Shown here piece after piece: positions 62,701 through 64,000 of a stretch of DNA of 64,000 bases. Position 1 is the stretch's first letter. Every line of letters begins with the position of its first letter. The position numbers and the translations under genes are program-made. Source of the stretch: Pristiophorus japonicus (lineage: Eukaryota). The stretch covers positions 108,872,001-108,936,000 of the forward strand of contig NC_091985.1 in the NCBI RefSeq assembly GCF_044704955.1, given 5' to 3'. The notes below the pieces were generated by a model, which had not been told where the DNA came from, did no database searches, and saw only the letters and a list, made by a program, of their open reading frames with translations.

Positions 62701-63179
62701 TGCAGGAAACATGTTGATTAGTTAAAGCTGCGGCACACGGATGAACGGAACAGTCTGAGGAAAACACAATCAGTGATCAACCAACCTACCCTCAGTCATC
62801 AGAGGACTCCTCTGTCATCAATGAATCTGGACTTTCAATCCCTGACATGGTCATTGCCACTCCCATCAGATCGGCTACCCAGCCCCCAGTCATACCAGAC
62901 TCAGAACGCTCGCCCAAGGCTGGAGTTGAACTGAGACGATCAACTCGGGACCTGTCCGTCGTAAAAAGAATGTTACTAATATCTTAAAGGGGGATATTGT
63001 CATGTAAGTATGCTTGGAGTTATGAGCCACCAGGTGGCGCCACTGTCGGAAGTCATTGGGCTGTATGCACATGTGTGCATCATGTAATGTAATCACTTTG
63101 GGCCCTAATAAAGCAGAGCCAGGTTTGTACCTGTGTTAGTTTACAGTATTCAGTCTATCGAGTTATTACATACATAACA
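59769..63179 (+). mobile_element. Gypsy LTR retrotransposon with a deletion from mid-5' LTR to protease; 3' LTR 62998-63179; TSD CACAG
   Basis: The 63-bp 5' LTR remnant matches the start of the 3' LTR. CACAG at 59764-59768 and 63180-63184. Motifs FQDD, CDASSYG, SDNG. Confidence 0.95.
60163..60356 (-). mobile_element. Solo LTR of the same family, inverted, inside the element's own pol
   Basis: The reverse complement aligns end to end with 62998-63179. It interrupts VPYM-MREKV. Confidence 0.92.
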
Positions 63180-64000
63180 CACAGCTTGCACACAATGGCA
63201 GCTATTCAATCATGACAATCACAGCACCCAAACACATTGCACAACACTCAGTGGCACATTGCAGGGGAAGATGGTGCATGACCGGATGCAGCAGGAACTG
63301 ACCAGAGAGGGAGAGGCAGGCCTGCATGTTCGCGTAGAAGAGAAGGTGTTGGCTACCGACGGGGCTGAAGCCATTGAAGACAGTATCCTCATACCTAAAC
63401 CTCCTTCTCACATCCCACTTCTCCCTCAATCTCTTCTCATTTACAAGCTGCAGATGGTGTAAGCATGCATTTCTTACTCTCTCCTCTCCACTCACCACAA
63501 CCCAACCCTTGTCCATTTATCATTTCAGATACTCAAAAACTTCAACCTACCCAGGCAGTGGGAGAGACCAGGAAGGCGATGAAGATGATCATCTCTCGAT
63601 TTCACACTCACGGACACCAGCTCAGATACTGGCACTGTGTGTAAATTAGAGGATAGCATAGAGGCAGGATCTGCACGTGGTGAGACACCGGGCACAAGTG
63701 CGCTGCAGCCAGGGCACGGAGACAGGAGAATGCAGCTGCTAGCTCGCTGGATGGCGAGGTTGTTCACTAGTTCTGTTGCAGAGGACTCAGATGATGACTT
63801 CGATAGGCCAGGCTACAGAAGAAGACTGATGTGTCTACAACCCAAATGCTTGGTACATTAGCAGGCTTGCCAGAAAGCCTGCATTAAATGTCAAGTGCAT
63901 GGAGGAGTCCAACATCAATTTGGCACAGAATTTTGCGCAGAGCTTGGAGCCCATTTTTCCAACATTGAACAGGAGTCAACTCCATTAACATACTTGTGGA

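Larger units (their letters stand above)
59149..64000 (+). mobile_element. Harbinger transposon 5: left end and Myb gene (exon 1 ~59336-59574, exon 2 from 63265), Gypsy in intron 1; runs off window
   Basis: End GGGGAGGTGATTTTAACCC. Exon 1 reads RFHDAALEVLVEEMERRRDVLY...RTWMQCQKKLNDLTR. The intron is colinear with 19958-20160. Exon 2 reads GKMVHDRMQQELT. Confidence 0.82.

Noticed and set aside
1-64000. Prokaryotic-type systems (CRISPR array, defence operon, retron, DGR)
   Set aside because: No regularly spaced repeat-spacer array and no operon structure. Spliceosomal introns and vertebrate TE families are present, and every RT is a LINE or Gypsy RT.
19430-64000. Harbinger+Gypsy composites 3 and 5 as one segmental duplication
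   Set aside because: The Gypsy copies differ in orientation, LTR sequence, TSD and exact position, and the Myb exons are substantially diverged.

Overview
This is eukaryotic DNA, most likely from a cartilaginous fish (shark). That inference rests on DeuSINE/SacSINE1-like SINEs, CR1 3' tails like HER1, and the repeat families present. No host protein-coding exon, RNA gene or CRISPR array could be supported. Roughly three quarters of the window is nested, mostly decayed transposable elements. There are eight Gypsy LTR retrotransposon copies (seven from one lineage with several LTR types, one from a second lineage) plus one solo LTR. There are five PIF/Harbinger elements carrying a DDE transposase and/or a spliced Myb/SANT gene, several Harbinger-like MITEs, and one Tigger/pogo-type MITE with a GC-rich minisatellite. 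LINEs comprise many CR1 copies (one nearly full length with an SGNH-esterase ORF1), one RTE and L2 fragments; SINE remnants are also present. Strongest observations: (1) two independent Gypsy insertions, in opposite orientation, 9 bp apart in the homologous intron of two Harbinger Myb genes; (2) a CTCF-like motif kept in the same orientation near the U3 start of otherwise dissimilar LTR types; (3) a non-canonical FQDD RT motif in all four RT-containing copies of the main Gypsy lineage; (4) shared subterminal motifs and NRF1-like palindromes in the Harbingers; (5) a Harbinger that keeps only the Myb gene. All alignments were done by eye, and family names are from recalled knowledge, not database searches.
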